DNA of 64,000 bases from Chitinophagaceae bacterium. GTDB lineage: Bacteria > Bacteroidota > Bacteroidia > Chitinophagales > Chitinophagaceae. Position 1 is the stretch's first letter. Every line of letters starts with the position of its first letter. Shown here in pieces: positions 19,718-29,227 of the stretch. The notes below the pieces were generated by a model. That model was not told the DNA's origin, did no database searches, and worked only from the letters and a program-made list of their open reading frames with translations. The stretch spans positions 8,544-72,543 of the forward strand of contig JBILBU010000003.1 of assembly GCA_044353505.1 (NCBI GenBank), read 5' to 3'. The translations under genes were made by a program, and so were the position numbers.

Positions 19718-20360
19718 TGTTTGTCACCCCCAAGGTTTCATGTTCACCGATATCTGTAACCCCTCCAGAAATAATGAATTTCATAGCTTCCGCAGATCCA
19801 ACATCATTAAGAATTCTCACTCGCTCACGCTTTACAAAATAGGTGATTCCTGAAAACGCATAAGAGTGAGGTATATAGACGGTTACATGATCTTTTAATC
19901 CAAAATGCGACACATCAGTTTGCGTTAAAAAACCAAGCCGCCACACCTCCTCCGATTCAATGGAAACAAGCACTGGTTTGTTGAATTTCCTTTTGTTTCC
20001 CGCAAATGCCTCCAAAAAATCCTTGACTGTGGAATAGATGATTTTGATTCCAGGCGTTTTCTCAAGCACACTGTCAAAAAGTTCCACAAGCTTTGAAACC
20101 ACAAAAGAAGAAGAAATATAACCGACTAAAAAAACAATGATAACAACAACCAAAAACCCCAATCCAGGAATTTTTTCTGGATAACCGGAAATATCCAACT
20201 TCACCAGCTCGGGAAACAGAATATGTAACAAATTGGGAAGAATGTCGTCTATTAAATTAAATAGGGAAACGACAGCCCAGATTGTAATTACTATTGGCGC
20301 CAAAATGACCAATCCCTGGAAGAAAAAGTAGATTAACTTACCTGGACGGAATGGCTTCAT
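19704..20360 (-). CDS. DUF502 family membrane protein
   Basis: FFFQGLVILAPIVIT, IPGLG, TPGIKIIYSTVKD, VYIPHSY, AMKFIISGG. Confidence 0.88.
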   Translation of the reverse strand: MKPFRPGKLIYFFFQGLVILAPIVITIWAVVSLFNLIDDILPNLLHILFPELVKLDISGYPEKIPGLGFLVVVIIVFLVGYISSSFVVSKLVELFDSVLEKTPGIKIIYSTVKDFLEAFAGNKRKFNKPVLVSIESEEVWRLGFLTQTDVSHFGLKDHVTVYIPHSYAFSGITYFVKRERVRILNDVGSAEAMKFIISGGVTDIGEHETLGVTNNEKL

Positions 20361-20500
20361 TTTGATGTGTTTTAGCGAATATACACCCCTTTTTAAGCAA
20401 AAAATGGGTAAAACAACCCCGTTTTAAGAGAAAATGACAAAATAAATCGATTGCATAGCCTTAATCTCAAAAAACTATATTTTAGCAAATTTTCAAAGTA

Positions 20501-20536
20501 GAAACTTTTTTCACAAACAAAGTTTTCATAGTTTTG
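20501..20536 (+). promoter_or_regulatory. Efflux operon promoter (-7 box TAGTTTTG, 20529-20536) with overlapping inverted repeat, candidate TetR operator
   Basis: GAAACTTT-N10-AAAGTTTTC at 20501-20527, immediately upstream of an exact TAnnTTTG. Confidence 0.55.
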
Positions 20537-20554
20537 TATCCATAATGTTTAAAC

Positions 20555-21181
20555 ATGGATATTAAGTCCCGGATAGTAGAACAAGCCCGAACCCTATTCT
20601 TTAGAATGGGTATCCGTTCGGTTTCCATGGATGATATCGCAGGACATATGGGCATGTCCAAGAAAACAATTTACCAGCATTTCACAGACAAAAATGAATT
20701 GGTGGATTGTGTAGTTCTGGCAGAAACCAATAGAATGCGTGAAGACTGCCTGGAACTCTGCAATGTTGCTGAAAATGCGGTAGACGAGATTTTTAAAACG
20801 ATGGAAATGGTCGTAGAACACTTTAGGAACATCAATCCCATGGTTGTTTTTGACATGCAAAAGTTTCACTTTAAGGCATTTGTAAAATTCATGGAATACA
20901 GAAACAATTTTCTAATTAAAATTATTTCCAACAACCTTGAAAAGGGAGTTCAGGAAGGAAACTTCAGACCCGATATCAATATAGACGTACTATCAAAATA
21001 CAGATTGGAGTCTATGATGCTCGCCTTTAACATGGAAGCATTCCCCCCAGCAAAATACAATGCCGCGGAAGTTACCCTGATCATGATAGAAAACTTCTTA
21101 TACGGCGTATCAACCGAAATAGGATTCAAAAAAATAGAAGAATATAAAAAAGAAAGAAAAAACAAATGGACAATAAATTAA
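20555..21181 (+). CDS. TetR/AcrR family transcriptional regulator
   Basis: N-terminal HTH GIRSVSMDDIAGHMGMSKKTIYQHF; first gene of the efflux operon. Confidence 0.93.
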   Translation: MDIKSRIVEQARTLFFRMGIRSVSMDDIAGHMGMSKKTIYQHFTDKNELVDCVVLAETNRMREDCLELCNVAENAVDEIFKTMEMVVEHFRNINPMVVFDMQKFHFKAFVKFMEYRNNFLIKIISNNLEKGVQEGNFRPDINIDVLSKYRLESMMLAFNMEAFPPAKYNAAEVTLIMIENFLYGVSTEIGFKKIEEYKKERKNKWTIN

Positions 21182-22587
21182 GCATTATGCTATATCGAGG
21201 GATGCTACTTTTTACTATGCTATGGCTTGGTTATCCAAGTACCACCGCTCAGCAAAAATATAACCTGACTGCAGATCAAGCAGCTGGACTTGCTTTGAAA
21301 AATGTCACAGACATTAAAAATCTGCAAATCGACCGTGAAATACAGTTAGCAAAAAACCGAGAGTATATTGCACAGGCTCTCCCACAGATTAATGGGAATG
21401 TTCAAATGCAGCATTTCTTCAGCATCCCTGTAACACTACTCCCCGACTTCGTCTCCCCCTCTGTTTATCAAGTGCTCGTAGATAATGGTGTAAAAAACGG
21501 AACTGGCAACCCAATCGTCAAACCAAATAACCAAGCACAATTTTTCCCGGCTCAATTCGGGGTTCCGTGGCAAACGTCGGCAGGTGCACAATTCCAACAA
21601 CTGCTGTTTCAACCGGATCTATTCATTGCCATCAAGGCAAGAAAAAAAGCAATCGACTTCACTGATGCCAATATCAAAGTAATGGAAGACTCAGTGAAAA
21701 GCTCAGTGTACAAAGCATACTATAGTGTGTTGATTGCTGAGAAAAGAAAACACTTTCTAGACGAAAGTATAAAGAGACTAAGAAAACTAAAAGCAGACCA
21801 AGAAAAACTGTATGCCAATGGTTTTGCTGAAAGATTAGACATTGATAAAACACAAGTAACATTAAATAACCTTGTCACTTCAGCTTCACAAATAGAAAAA
21901 CTAATTGAAATTGGCTATGCATCAATGAAATTTGCACTGGCGATAGAACAAAAAGATACATTGGAACTAAGCGACACCCTGTCTGTTGACCTCGTAAAAA
22001 AAGATTTACTAGAACTCACAAGCTTCAATTATTCCGATAGAAAAGAAATACAATTGTTGAATGTTGTAAAAGATTTGCAGGGGCTAGACATCAAAAGAAG
22101 CAAAATGGCTTATCTCCCAACAATTTCAACCTACTGGAGCTACAGCCAGAATGCCTTGAGACAATCATTTGACTTCTTCGACTCCAATCAAAGATGGTTT
22201 AAAACATCAGTGTGGGGGCTGAACATGAACATACCAATAGTTGATGGGGGACAAAAACTACAAAGAACACGCCAGGCGAATCTGAACATGCAAAAAACAA
22301 AAAACACAATTGAAAATGTTCAACGTGCAATTGATCTTCAGCTTGCTGCGTCCTCAATCATGTTCAAAAACGCACTTTCGTCGCTGGACATGCAAGAACG
22401 AAATGTTGAACTTGCTGGAAAGGTTTACTCAACCACAAAGAAAAAATATGAGCAGGGTCTGGGGTCAAGCTTTGAACTGCTGCAAACTGAAACAGAATTA
22501 GAAAGTGCACAATCAAACTATTTCCAATCACTCTACGATGCAGTCAATGCAAAGATTAGCTATACCAAAGCCTTAGGTAAATTATAA
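21166..22587 (+). CDS. TolC family outer-membrane efflux channel
   Basis: Signal peptide, ALPQING, helical repeats, YLPTIS, KKYEQGLGSSFELL. Confidence 0.9.
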   Translation: MDNKLSIMLYRGMLLFTMLWLGYPSTTAQQKYNLTADQAAGLALKNVTDIKNLQIDREIQLAKNREYIAQALPQINGNVQMQHFFSIPVTLLPDFVSPSVYQVLVDNGVKNGTGNPIVKPNNQAQFFPAQFGVPWQTSAGAQFQQLLFQPDLFIAIKARKKAIDFTDANIKVMEDSVKSSVYKAYYSVLIAEKRKHFLDESIKRLRKLKADQEKLYANGFAERLDIDKTQVTLNNLVTSASQIEKLIEIGYASMKFALAIEQKDTLELSDTLSVDLVKKDLLELTSFNYSDRKEIQLLNVVKDLQGLDIKRSKMAYLPTISTYWSYSQNALRQSFDFFDSNQRWFKTSVWGLNMNIPIVDGGQKLQRTRQANLNMQKTKNTIENVQRAIDLQLAASSIMFKNALSSLDMQERNVELAGKVYSTTKKKYEQGLGSSFELLQTETELESAQSNYFQSLYDAVNAKISYTKALGKL

Positions 22588-22607
22588 ATAAAGAATAAAA
22601 AAGACAT

Positions 22608-23753
22608 ATGAAAAAGCTACTGATTATCTGTTTGTTGTTCCTACTAGCTTCTTGCTCCGATTCAAAAGATTCAAATAAAGAAATCAGCAAAAAGAAGGTC
22701 GAACTGGAAAAGTTAATGAAAGAACGTGATGCACTGGCTAATAAGATTGCCTCCCTTGAAAATGAGATTTCAACGATGGGTGGATTAGCAACATCAGAAA
22801 AAACAAAGCTTGTGGAAATTACCGATCTGGTCACAAGTGATTTTGCACATTATATAGAATTGCAAGGAAAAATCATGACGGAAAATGTGTACTACGTTAC
22901 GCCAAGAGGTATGGGAGGACAGGTAAAATCAATCTATGTTAAGCAAGGTGATAATGTAAAGAAGGGACAATTGCTCCTGAAACTTGAAGATGGTATTATT
23001 CAGCAGAATATCAAACAGGTGGAAAGTCAACTTGCTTTTGCCAAAAATATTTTTACTCGCCAAGAAAATCTATGGCAAGAGGGAATTGGCACCGAGATAC
23101 AATATCTGTCTGCCAAAAACAACGTAGAGACATTGGAAAAACAAATTTCACTAGTCAAAGAACAAATCAGCACAACACTGGTCTATGCAGAAGTATCTGG
23201 CGTCGTAGAAACCGTTAGCATCAAAGTTGGTGAAGTGTTTATGGGCTCCCCCATGGCTGGAATTACCATCGTAAACCCAAGCGCTTTGAAAGCTGTAGTT
23301 GAAGTGCCTGAAAACTATGTAGTCAAAGTACGCAAAGGAATGTCAGTTAAAGTTACTGTGCCGGATATCAACAAAACATTCACCTCTGTACTTAGTCTGA
23401 TAAGCGAAACCATCAATGTAAACTCCAGAAGCTTCATCGCTGAAAGTAAATTAAACGGAATATCTGGCATCAAACCAAATCAAGTAGCCATCATCAAAAT
23501 ACTTGACCACGAATCAAAAAATACAATTGTAGTTCCAGTGCAGACAGTACAAACTGACGAAAAAGGGAAATATGTATACGTCTATGCCAAAGAAAATGGC
23601 AAGGCCATAGCACGAAAAAGAAATGTAACAATTGGCGAATTCTATGATGAAATGATTGAAGTGAATACTGGATTAACAATTGGAGATAAGCTGATCACAA
23701 AAGGATTCCAGGGACTATACGACGGACAACTTATCGCTACTGTAACCAACTGA
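22608..23753 (+). CDS. RND efflux periplasmic adaptor (membrane fusion lipoprotein)
   Basis: Lipobox LASC, lipoyl-like GQVKSIYVKQGDNVKKGQLL, helical hairpin, GLTIGDKLITKG. Confidence 0.92.
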   Translation: MKKLLIICLLFLLASCSDSKDSNKEISKKKVELEKLMKERDALANKIASLENEISTMGGLATSEKTKLVEITDLVTSDFAHYIELQGKIMTENVYYVTPRGMGGQVKSIYVKQGDNVKKGQLLLKLEDGIIQQNIKQVESQLAFAKNIFTRQENLWQEGIGTEIQYLSAKNNVETLEKQISLVKEQISTTLVYAEVSGVVETVSIKVGEVFMGSPMAGITIVNPSALKAVVEVPENYVVKVRKGMSVKVTVPDINKTFTSVLSLISETINVNSRSFIAESKLNGISGIKPNQVAIIKILDHESKNTIVVPVQTVQTDEKGKYVYVYAKENGKAIARKRNVTIGEFYDEMIEVNTGLTIGDKLITKGFQGLYDGQLIATVTN

Positions 23754-23793
23754 TCTCAATCACAAGCAAAAGAGCCAATTCAAAAAAAGAATT

Positions 23794-26700
23794 ATGGACA
23801 ACTCGTCGAAAAAAAACCCAGTATTCAAGCTACTGCAAAATCAAAAATCATTCGGACCCACCAACTGGGCCATTAGAAATAAAACAGCAGTGTACCTGAT
23901 TACACTCATTATTTCCTTCTGGGGCATTTCACTATTCAATTCATTTCCTAAAGAACAGTTCCCTGATGTTGTTATCCCTAACATCTATGTTCAAACTGTA
24001 TATATTGGCAACTCCCCTAAAGAAATTGAAAGTCTGGTAACCCGACCAATTGAAAAACAACTTAAGGGAATTACCGGAGTAAAAATTAATAAGATTTCGT
24101 CCAACTCACTACAAGATTTCTCTGCCATCATTGTAGAATTTAGCACATCAGTAAAAACAGATATAGCCTTACAAAAAATTCGTGATGCAGTTGATAAGGC
24201 AAAGAAAGATCTTCCAAATGATCTTACACAAGAGCCAGTAGTACAAGAGATTAGCTTGTCTGAATTGCCGATTATGTCCGTCAATGTAAGCGGAGAGTAT
24301 GACGCCGTAAAACTTGGAGAGTTTGCAGAAGAACTAAAAAATAGAATTGAGGAACTAACAGAAATAAGCAGAATTGATATGGTTGGTGCCCCTGAAAGGG
24401 AAATCCAAATCAATATGGATAGGTATAAAATGGAAGCTGCGAAGGTTGGATTCATGGATGTGGAACAGGCTGTTCAACGAGAGAATGCAGACATTTCAGG
24501 TGGCCTACTTGCAGTAGGTGATCAAAAACGGGCACTAAGGATAAGCGGACAGTTTAAATCTGCTTTAGACCTTAATAATGTAATCGTAAAAAATGTATAC
24601 GGCTCACCAATCTACCTCCGCGATATCGCCAATATTACTGATACAGTAAAAGAAAAAGAAAGCTATGCCCGACTCAACGGGAGAACAGTAGTTACACTGA
24701 GCGTAATCAAAAGATCAGGCGAAAATCTGATTAATGCCTCTGAAAAAATTAACAACATCGTGAAAGAATTGAAGCGCGATGTGTTTCCCAAAGACCTTGC
24801 CATCAACATCACTGCAGACCTAAGCATTAAAGCCTCAGCGGCCTTCAATGAGCTGGTCAACTCCATCATCATCGGTTTTATTCTGGTGATGATCATATTG
24901 ATGTTTTTCATGGGAGTAACGAATTCATTCTTTGTAGCCTTGTCGGTGCCATTGAGCATGTTCCTTGCTTTTATCTTTCTTCCATCTGCAGATTTTATAG
25001 TTGGATCGAACGTTACACTGAACTTCATTGTACTTTTTGCATTGCTATTCGGACTAGGTATTGTTGTGGATGACGCAATTGTGGTGATAGAAAATACCCA
25101 CAGAATTTTCTCACAAGGCAAGGGGAAAATAAGTGCAACAGATGCAGCCAAGTATGCTGCAGGCGAAGTATTTGTTCCCGTACTTGCAGGAACCCTCACA
25201 ACCCTTGCGCCTTTTATTCCATTGCTATTTTGGCCGGGCATCATCGGAAAATTCATGATCTATCTTCCAACGATGCTCATCTTCACACTAACAGCATCGC
25301 TTATCGTAGCCTATATCATGAATCCAGTATTTGCAGTGGACTTCATGGAACATGAAGATCATGAGAAAAAGAATAAATCCGACGTATTTAGAAAACCATT
25401 GCTTTGGATTTTTATCTCCGTTGGATTTTTATTTGATCTTGCAGGATATCTAGGGGATCAGGGAAATTATAGACTCTTTGGAAATCTACTGCTCATTTTT
25501 GGAGGCTTGATGATACTCAATTCCTATGTGCTAACTAACGCAATCAAGAATTTTCAAGAGAAGCTACTCCCTGCAATGATGAACCAGTATGAGAAACTCT
25601 TAACCTGGACAACCAAAGGATGGAGGCCAGTCAAAATACTCATTGCAACATTTGCACTTTTAATATTTTCATTTGTTTTCTTTGGGATGAGAAATGTACC
25701 CATTGTTCTTTTCCCACAGGGCGACCCGAATACAATTTATGTATACTTGAAACTCCCCGCAGGAACAGATGTTAAATACACAGACTCTGTAACGCAGCTA
25801 CTTGAAACAAGAATCAATAAAGTTCTTGGTGTTGATGGAGGAAAAGAAAACCCATTGGTTGAAAGCGTAATTGCTAACGTAGCCGTTGGCGCAAGTGATC
25901 CAAATAGCGGAGACAGAAGTACAAGGCCTGAGCTTGGAAGAGTTCAAATAAACTTCGTTCCATTCGAACAAAGGGAAGGAAAAGAAACCAAGTCATACCT
26001 CGACTCAATACGGGCTGTAATCAAGAATATTCCTTCAGCTGAAATTAGTGTTAACCAGGAAGGCAACGGACCACCAACACAATCTCCAATCAACATTGAA
26101 GTATCGGGTGATAATTTTGAAGAACTCACGAGCACTGCCATTAACCTCAGAAATTATCTGAATGACAAGAATGTTCCAGGTGTTGAAGAATTAAAAATCG
26201 ATATTGATTTTACAAATCCAGAGATAGGCATCACCATAGACCGGGAAAGAGCACTGATGCAGGGTGTATCCACTGGACAAATAGGCATGGAAATACGAAC
26301 TGCGCTATTTGGAAAAGAAGTATCAAAACTTAAAATTGGAGAAGAAGAATATAAAATTATCTTACGCAACACCGCTGCACAACGCAAAAACTTATCTGAA
26401 CTGTTGAACATGAAAATCACTTACCGTGATTTTACAAATGGACAGATTAAACAGGTGCCTATTAGCTCTGTTGTAAAAACCGATCTTAGCAATACTTACG
26501 GAAGCATCAAGAGAAAAGAACAAAAGCGGGTAATCACAATCTTTTCCAATGTACTTCAATCACAAGGCTTCACACCGCAAGCAGTGAATGAAGAAATAAA
26601 AAAGTATATTGATGAGTTTAAGTCAAAACCAGAAACAGTTTCCATTACCCAAACAGGTGAAGGAGAACAGCTCGCAGAAACTGCAGCATTCCTCCAAACT

Positions 26701-27366
26701 GCACTATTCACCGCAATCGGATTGATATTGTTGATTCTTATGCTGCAATTCAATTCATACAGCAGAACAATGATTGTGCTTTCAGAGATCTTCTTTAGTG
26801 TAATTGGTGTTCTGATAGGGTATGCAATCACCCGCTCTACTTTTGCAGTGGTAACCACCGGTATCGGGATCATCGGCCTTTCAGGAATCGTAGTTAAAAA
26901 TGGTATTCTGGTTATTGAATTCGCAGACGAACTGCGGTCAAGAGGCATGAAAACCAGAGAGGCTGTTATTGAAGCTGGAAAGACCAGGATTGTTCCTGTA
27001 TTGCTAACTGCACTCGCAGCCATCCTTGCACTTATACCACTTGCAGTGGGCTTCAACATCAACTTTGTTAGCTTACTGACAGACTGGAATCCACATATCT
27101 TCTTTGGTGGCGACAACGCAGTTTTTTGGAAGCCGTTGGCACTCACACTAATCTGGGGGCTTATCGTTGCATTCTTTATGACCCTCTTGGTTGTACCAGC
27201 AATGTACCTCATTGCAGAAAGATTAAAGAGACCTATGAATACGTTCTACAAAGGAAGATGGGTATCAATTCTTGGCCTACTCGGTCCACTCTTCTTCCTG
27301 CTCACAGGAATTGTGTACTTGGTCAGAAAAATACAAAGAAAGCCTGTGTGGAATGGTAAGCAATAA
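23794..27366 (+). CDS. RND efflux transporter permease (AcrB/AcrD/AcrF family)
   Basis: 1190 aa with two large periplasmic loops; proton-relay motifs GIVVDDAIVVIEN and GIVVKNGILVIEF. Confidence 0.94.
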   Translation: MDNSSKKNPVFKLLQNQKSFGPTNWAIRNKTAVYLITLIISFWGISLFNSFPKEQFPDVVIPNIYVQTVYIGNSPKEIESLVTRPIEKQLKGITGVKINKISSNSLQDFSAIIVEFSTSVKTDIALQKIRDAVDKAKKDLPNDLTQEPVVQEISLSELPIMSVNVSGEYDAVKLGEFAEELKNRIEELTEISRIDMVGAPEREIQINMDRYKMEAAKVGFMDVEQAVQRENADISGGLLAVGDQKRALRISGQFKSALDLNNVIVKNVYGSPIYLRDIANITDTVKEKESYARLNGRTVVTLSVIKRSGENLINASEKINNIVKELKRDVFPKDLAINITADLSIKASAAFNELVNSIIIGFILVMIILMFFMGVTNSFFVALSVPLSMFLAFIFLPSADFIVGSNVTLNFIVLFALLFGLGIVVDDAIVVIENTHRIFSQGKGKISATDAAKYAAGEVFVPVLAGTLTTLAPFIPLLFWPGIIGKFMIYLPTMLIFTLTASLIVAYIMNPVFAVDFMEHEDHEKKNKSDVFRKPLLWIFISVGFLFDLAGYLGDQGNYRLFGNLLLIFGGLMILNSYVLTNAIKNFQEKLLPAMMNQYEKLLTWTTKGWRPVKILIATFALLIFSFVFFGMRNVPIVLFPQGDPNTIYVYLKLPAGTDVKYTDSVTQLLETRINKVLGVDGGKENPLVESVIANVAVGASDPNSGDRSTRPELGRVQINFVPFEQREGKETKSYLDSIRAVIKNIPSAEISVNQEGNGPPTQSPINIEVSGDNFEELTSTAINLRNYLNDKNVPGVEELKIDIDFTNPEIGITIDRERALMQGVSTGQIGMEIRTALFGKEVSKLKIGEEEYKIILRNTAAQRKNLSELLNMKITYRDFTNGQIKQVPISSVVKTDLSNTYGSIKRKEQKRVITIFSNVLQSQGFTPQAVNEEIKKYIDEFKSKPETVSITQTGEGEQLAETAAFLQTALFTAIGLILLILMLQFNSYSRTMIVLSEIFFSVIGVLIGYAITRSTFAVVTTGIGIIGLSGIVVKNGILVIEFADELRSRGMKTREAVIEAGKTRIVPVLLTALAAILALIPLAVGFNINFVSLLTDWNPHIFFGGDNAVFWKPLALTLIWGLIVAFFMTLLVVPAMYLIAERLKRPMNTFYKGRWVSILGLLGPLFFLLTGIVYLVRKIQRKPVWNGKQ

Positions 27367-27374
27367 ACGATCTA

Positions 27375-27428
27375 AGACATGTTGTGTGTAGAAAAATTAT
27401 TTTAATTTACAATACACACAACATGTCT
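27375..27428. other. Perfect 16-bp inverted repeat between the RND permease and TIGR00266 genes
   Basis: AGACATGTTGTGTGTA (27375-27390) / TACACACAACATGTCT (27413-27428), 22-nt AT-rich loop. Confidence 0.85.
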
Positions 27429-27452
27429 CTCCTCATACTATAAAAAAATACT

Positions 27453-28253
27453 ATGGCGCCCTACTCGACCCGATCCAATCACGAAATTGACTATAAGATT
27501 TTTGGTGAAGAAATGCAGTATGTTGAAGTTGAGCTTGATCCAAGTGAGACCGCCATCGCTGAAGCAGGAAGCTTTATGATGATGGATGATGGTGTACAAA
27601 TGCAAACTATTTTTGGGGATGGCTCAGGGCAAGATAAAGGTGCTCTTGGAAAATTATTTTCAGCAGGTAAACGTCTTCTTACCGGTGAAAGCCTATTCAT
27701 GACAGCGTTCACCAATGCCTCCAATGAAAAGAAAAGAGTTTCATTTGCCTCCCCGTATCCGGGCAAAATCATCCCACTTGATCTTCAAGAATTAGATGGA
27801 AGAATAATATGTCAAAAAGATGCATTTCTATGTGCAGCCAAAGGAGTCAATGTAGGGATTGCGTTTCAACGAAAGCTGGGCACAGGATTATTTGGAGGTG
27901 AAGGTTTTATCATGCAAAAACTCGAAGGCGATGGCATGGCATTTGTTCATGCAGGTGGACATGTTTTTGAACGATACCTCACGCCGGGCGAAACACTAAA
28001 GATAGATACCGGTTGCGTAGTGGCATTCACACAAACAATCGACTACGACATTCAATTTGTTGGGGGAATCAAGAATGCGATTTTTGGCGGTGAAGGTCTC
28101 TTCTTCGCAACATTGAAAGGACCAGGAAAAGTATGGATTCAAACCCTGCCAATATCCAGACTAGCCAGCAGGATTATATCCTACGGCACAATCAACAGAA
28201 AAGAAGAAGGAAGCATACTTGGTGGCCTCGGAAACTTACTCGATGGACGTTAA
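27453..28253 (+). CDS. TIGR00266/AIM24 family protein
   Basis: [59 protein letters not shown]. Confidence 0.9.
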   Translation: MAPYSTRSNHEIDYKIFGEEMQYVEVELDPSETAIAEAGSFMMMDDGVQMQTIFGDGSGQDKGALGKLFSAGKRLLTGESLFMTAFTNASNEKKRVSFASPYPGKIIPLDLQELDGRIICQKDAFLCAAKGVNVGIAFQRKLGTGLFGGEGFIMQKLEGDGMAFVHAGGHVFERYLTPGETLKIDTGCVVAFTQTIDYDIQFVGGIKNAIFGGEGLFFATLKGPGKVWIQTLPISRLASRIISYGTINRKEEGSILGGLGNLLDGR

Positions 28254-28320
28254 TAATAAGCAAGAAGCATATTTATAGTTGCCCCTGACTTTCAGTTCAA
28301 TTTTACCCTGCGCCATTGGC

Positions 28321-28354
28321 AAAAAAAATCCCGGCTACATGCTGCAACCGGGAT
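28321..28354 (-). terminator. Intrinsic terminator of the BI-1/YccA gene
   Basis: Minus strand ATCCCGGTTGCA-GCA-TGTAGCCGGGAT stem (with G-U pairs) followed by a T run. Confidence 0.75.
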
Positions 28355-28381
28355 AACGTACCAATAATGTAATTCGATTAA

Positions 28382-29140
28382 TTAGTTCTTACGTCCATAT
28401 AAATTACCGAGCAAACGCAGTATCTCAACATACAACCAAACCAAGGTAACCAACAAGCCAAAGGCACAATACCACTCCATATGTTTAGGTGCGCCCATAG
28501 CAGCTCCCTGCTCTATCCTATCAAAATCAAGAAGTAGGCTAAGTGCCGCAATCGCCGTAATTACAATAGAAATACCAATGCTCATTAGGCTTCCCTGATG
28601 TAATCCAGGAATTTGCATATCAAAAAGGGAAAGCACAAAATTGATTAGATAGAAAATCATGATCCCGCCAATCGCTGAAACCATAATAGACTTAAACTTG
28701 TCTGTTACCTTGATGACACCAAAATGATAGAGGGCATACATTGCAATTGCAGTTCCAAACGTTAGCATGACCGCCTGCATCACAATACCTGGTGCCACAG
28801 CGGCAAAAGCATTGTTATAGATTGATGAAATACCTCCTATGACCAGGCCCTGTAACAAGGCATAGGCTGGTGCCAGATACTGTGCCCATTGTTGATTGAA
28901 AACGAGTACAAGTGCAAGAACAAGGCCCCCTATGGCGCCCCCCATTAAATAGCCTTGAATGCTATTGCCTACACTGGCTTCGTTCCACACATAAAAGGCA
29001 GTGACCATCACCATGATAAACAAAAAGCCGAATTTATTCAGGGTTCCACGAAATGTCATGGTTTCAGCCCCTGGAATTGAAATTGACCTATTGAAAGATT
29101 TTTCGTTAAGTGTTGGATTACTTGAGTTGAATATTGCCAT
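28382..29140 (-). CDS. Bax inhibitor-1/YccA family membrane protein
   Basis: SSNP N-terminus, about 7 TM segments, SLLLDFD, EWYCAFGLLVTLVWLYVEILRLL. Confidence 0.9.
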   Translation of the reverse strand: MAIFNSSNPTLNEKSFNRSISIPGAETMTFRGTLNKFGFLFIMVMVTAFYVWNEASVGNSIQGYLMGGAIGGLVLALVLVFNQQWAQYLAPAYALLQGLVIGGISSIYNNAFAAVAPGIVMQAVMLTFGTAIAMYALYHFGVIKVTDKFKSIMVSAIGGIMIFYLINFVLSLFDMQIPGLHQGSLMSIGISIVITAIAALSLLLDFDRIEQGAAMGAPKHMEWYCAFGLLVTLVWLYVEILRLLGNLYGRKN

Positions 29141-29227
29141 GTTGAGTATTTTTGTACTGTAAATTAATTAATTTCGACCAAATACAAAGATCTGAGTTAG
29201 TTATCAGATACGACACAATTATCCGAC

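Noticed and set aside
23991-27212. Long antisense ORFs (154, 197 and 218 aa) inside the RND permease
   Set aside because: Shadow frames of a long, well-supported gene; no recognisable motifs.
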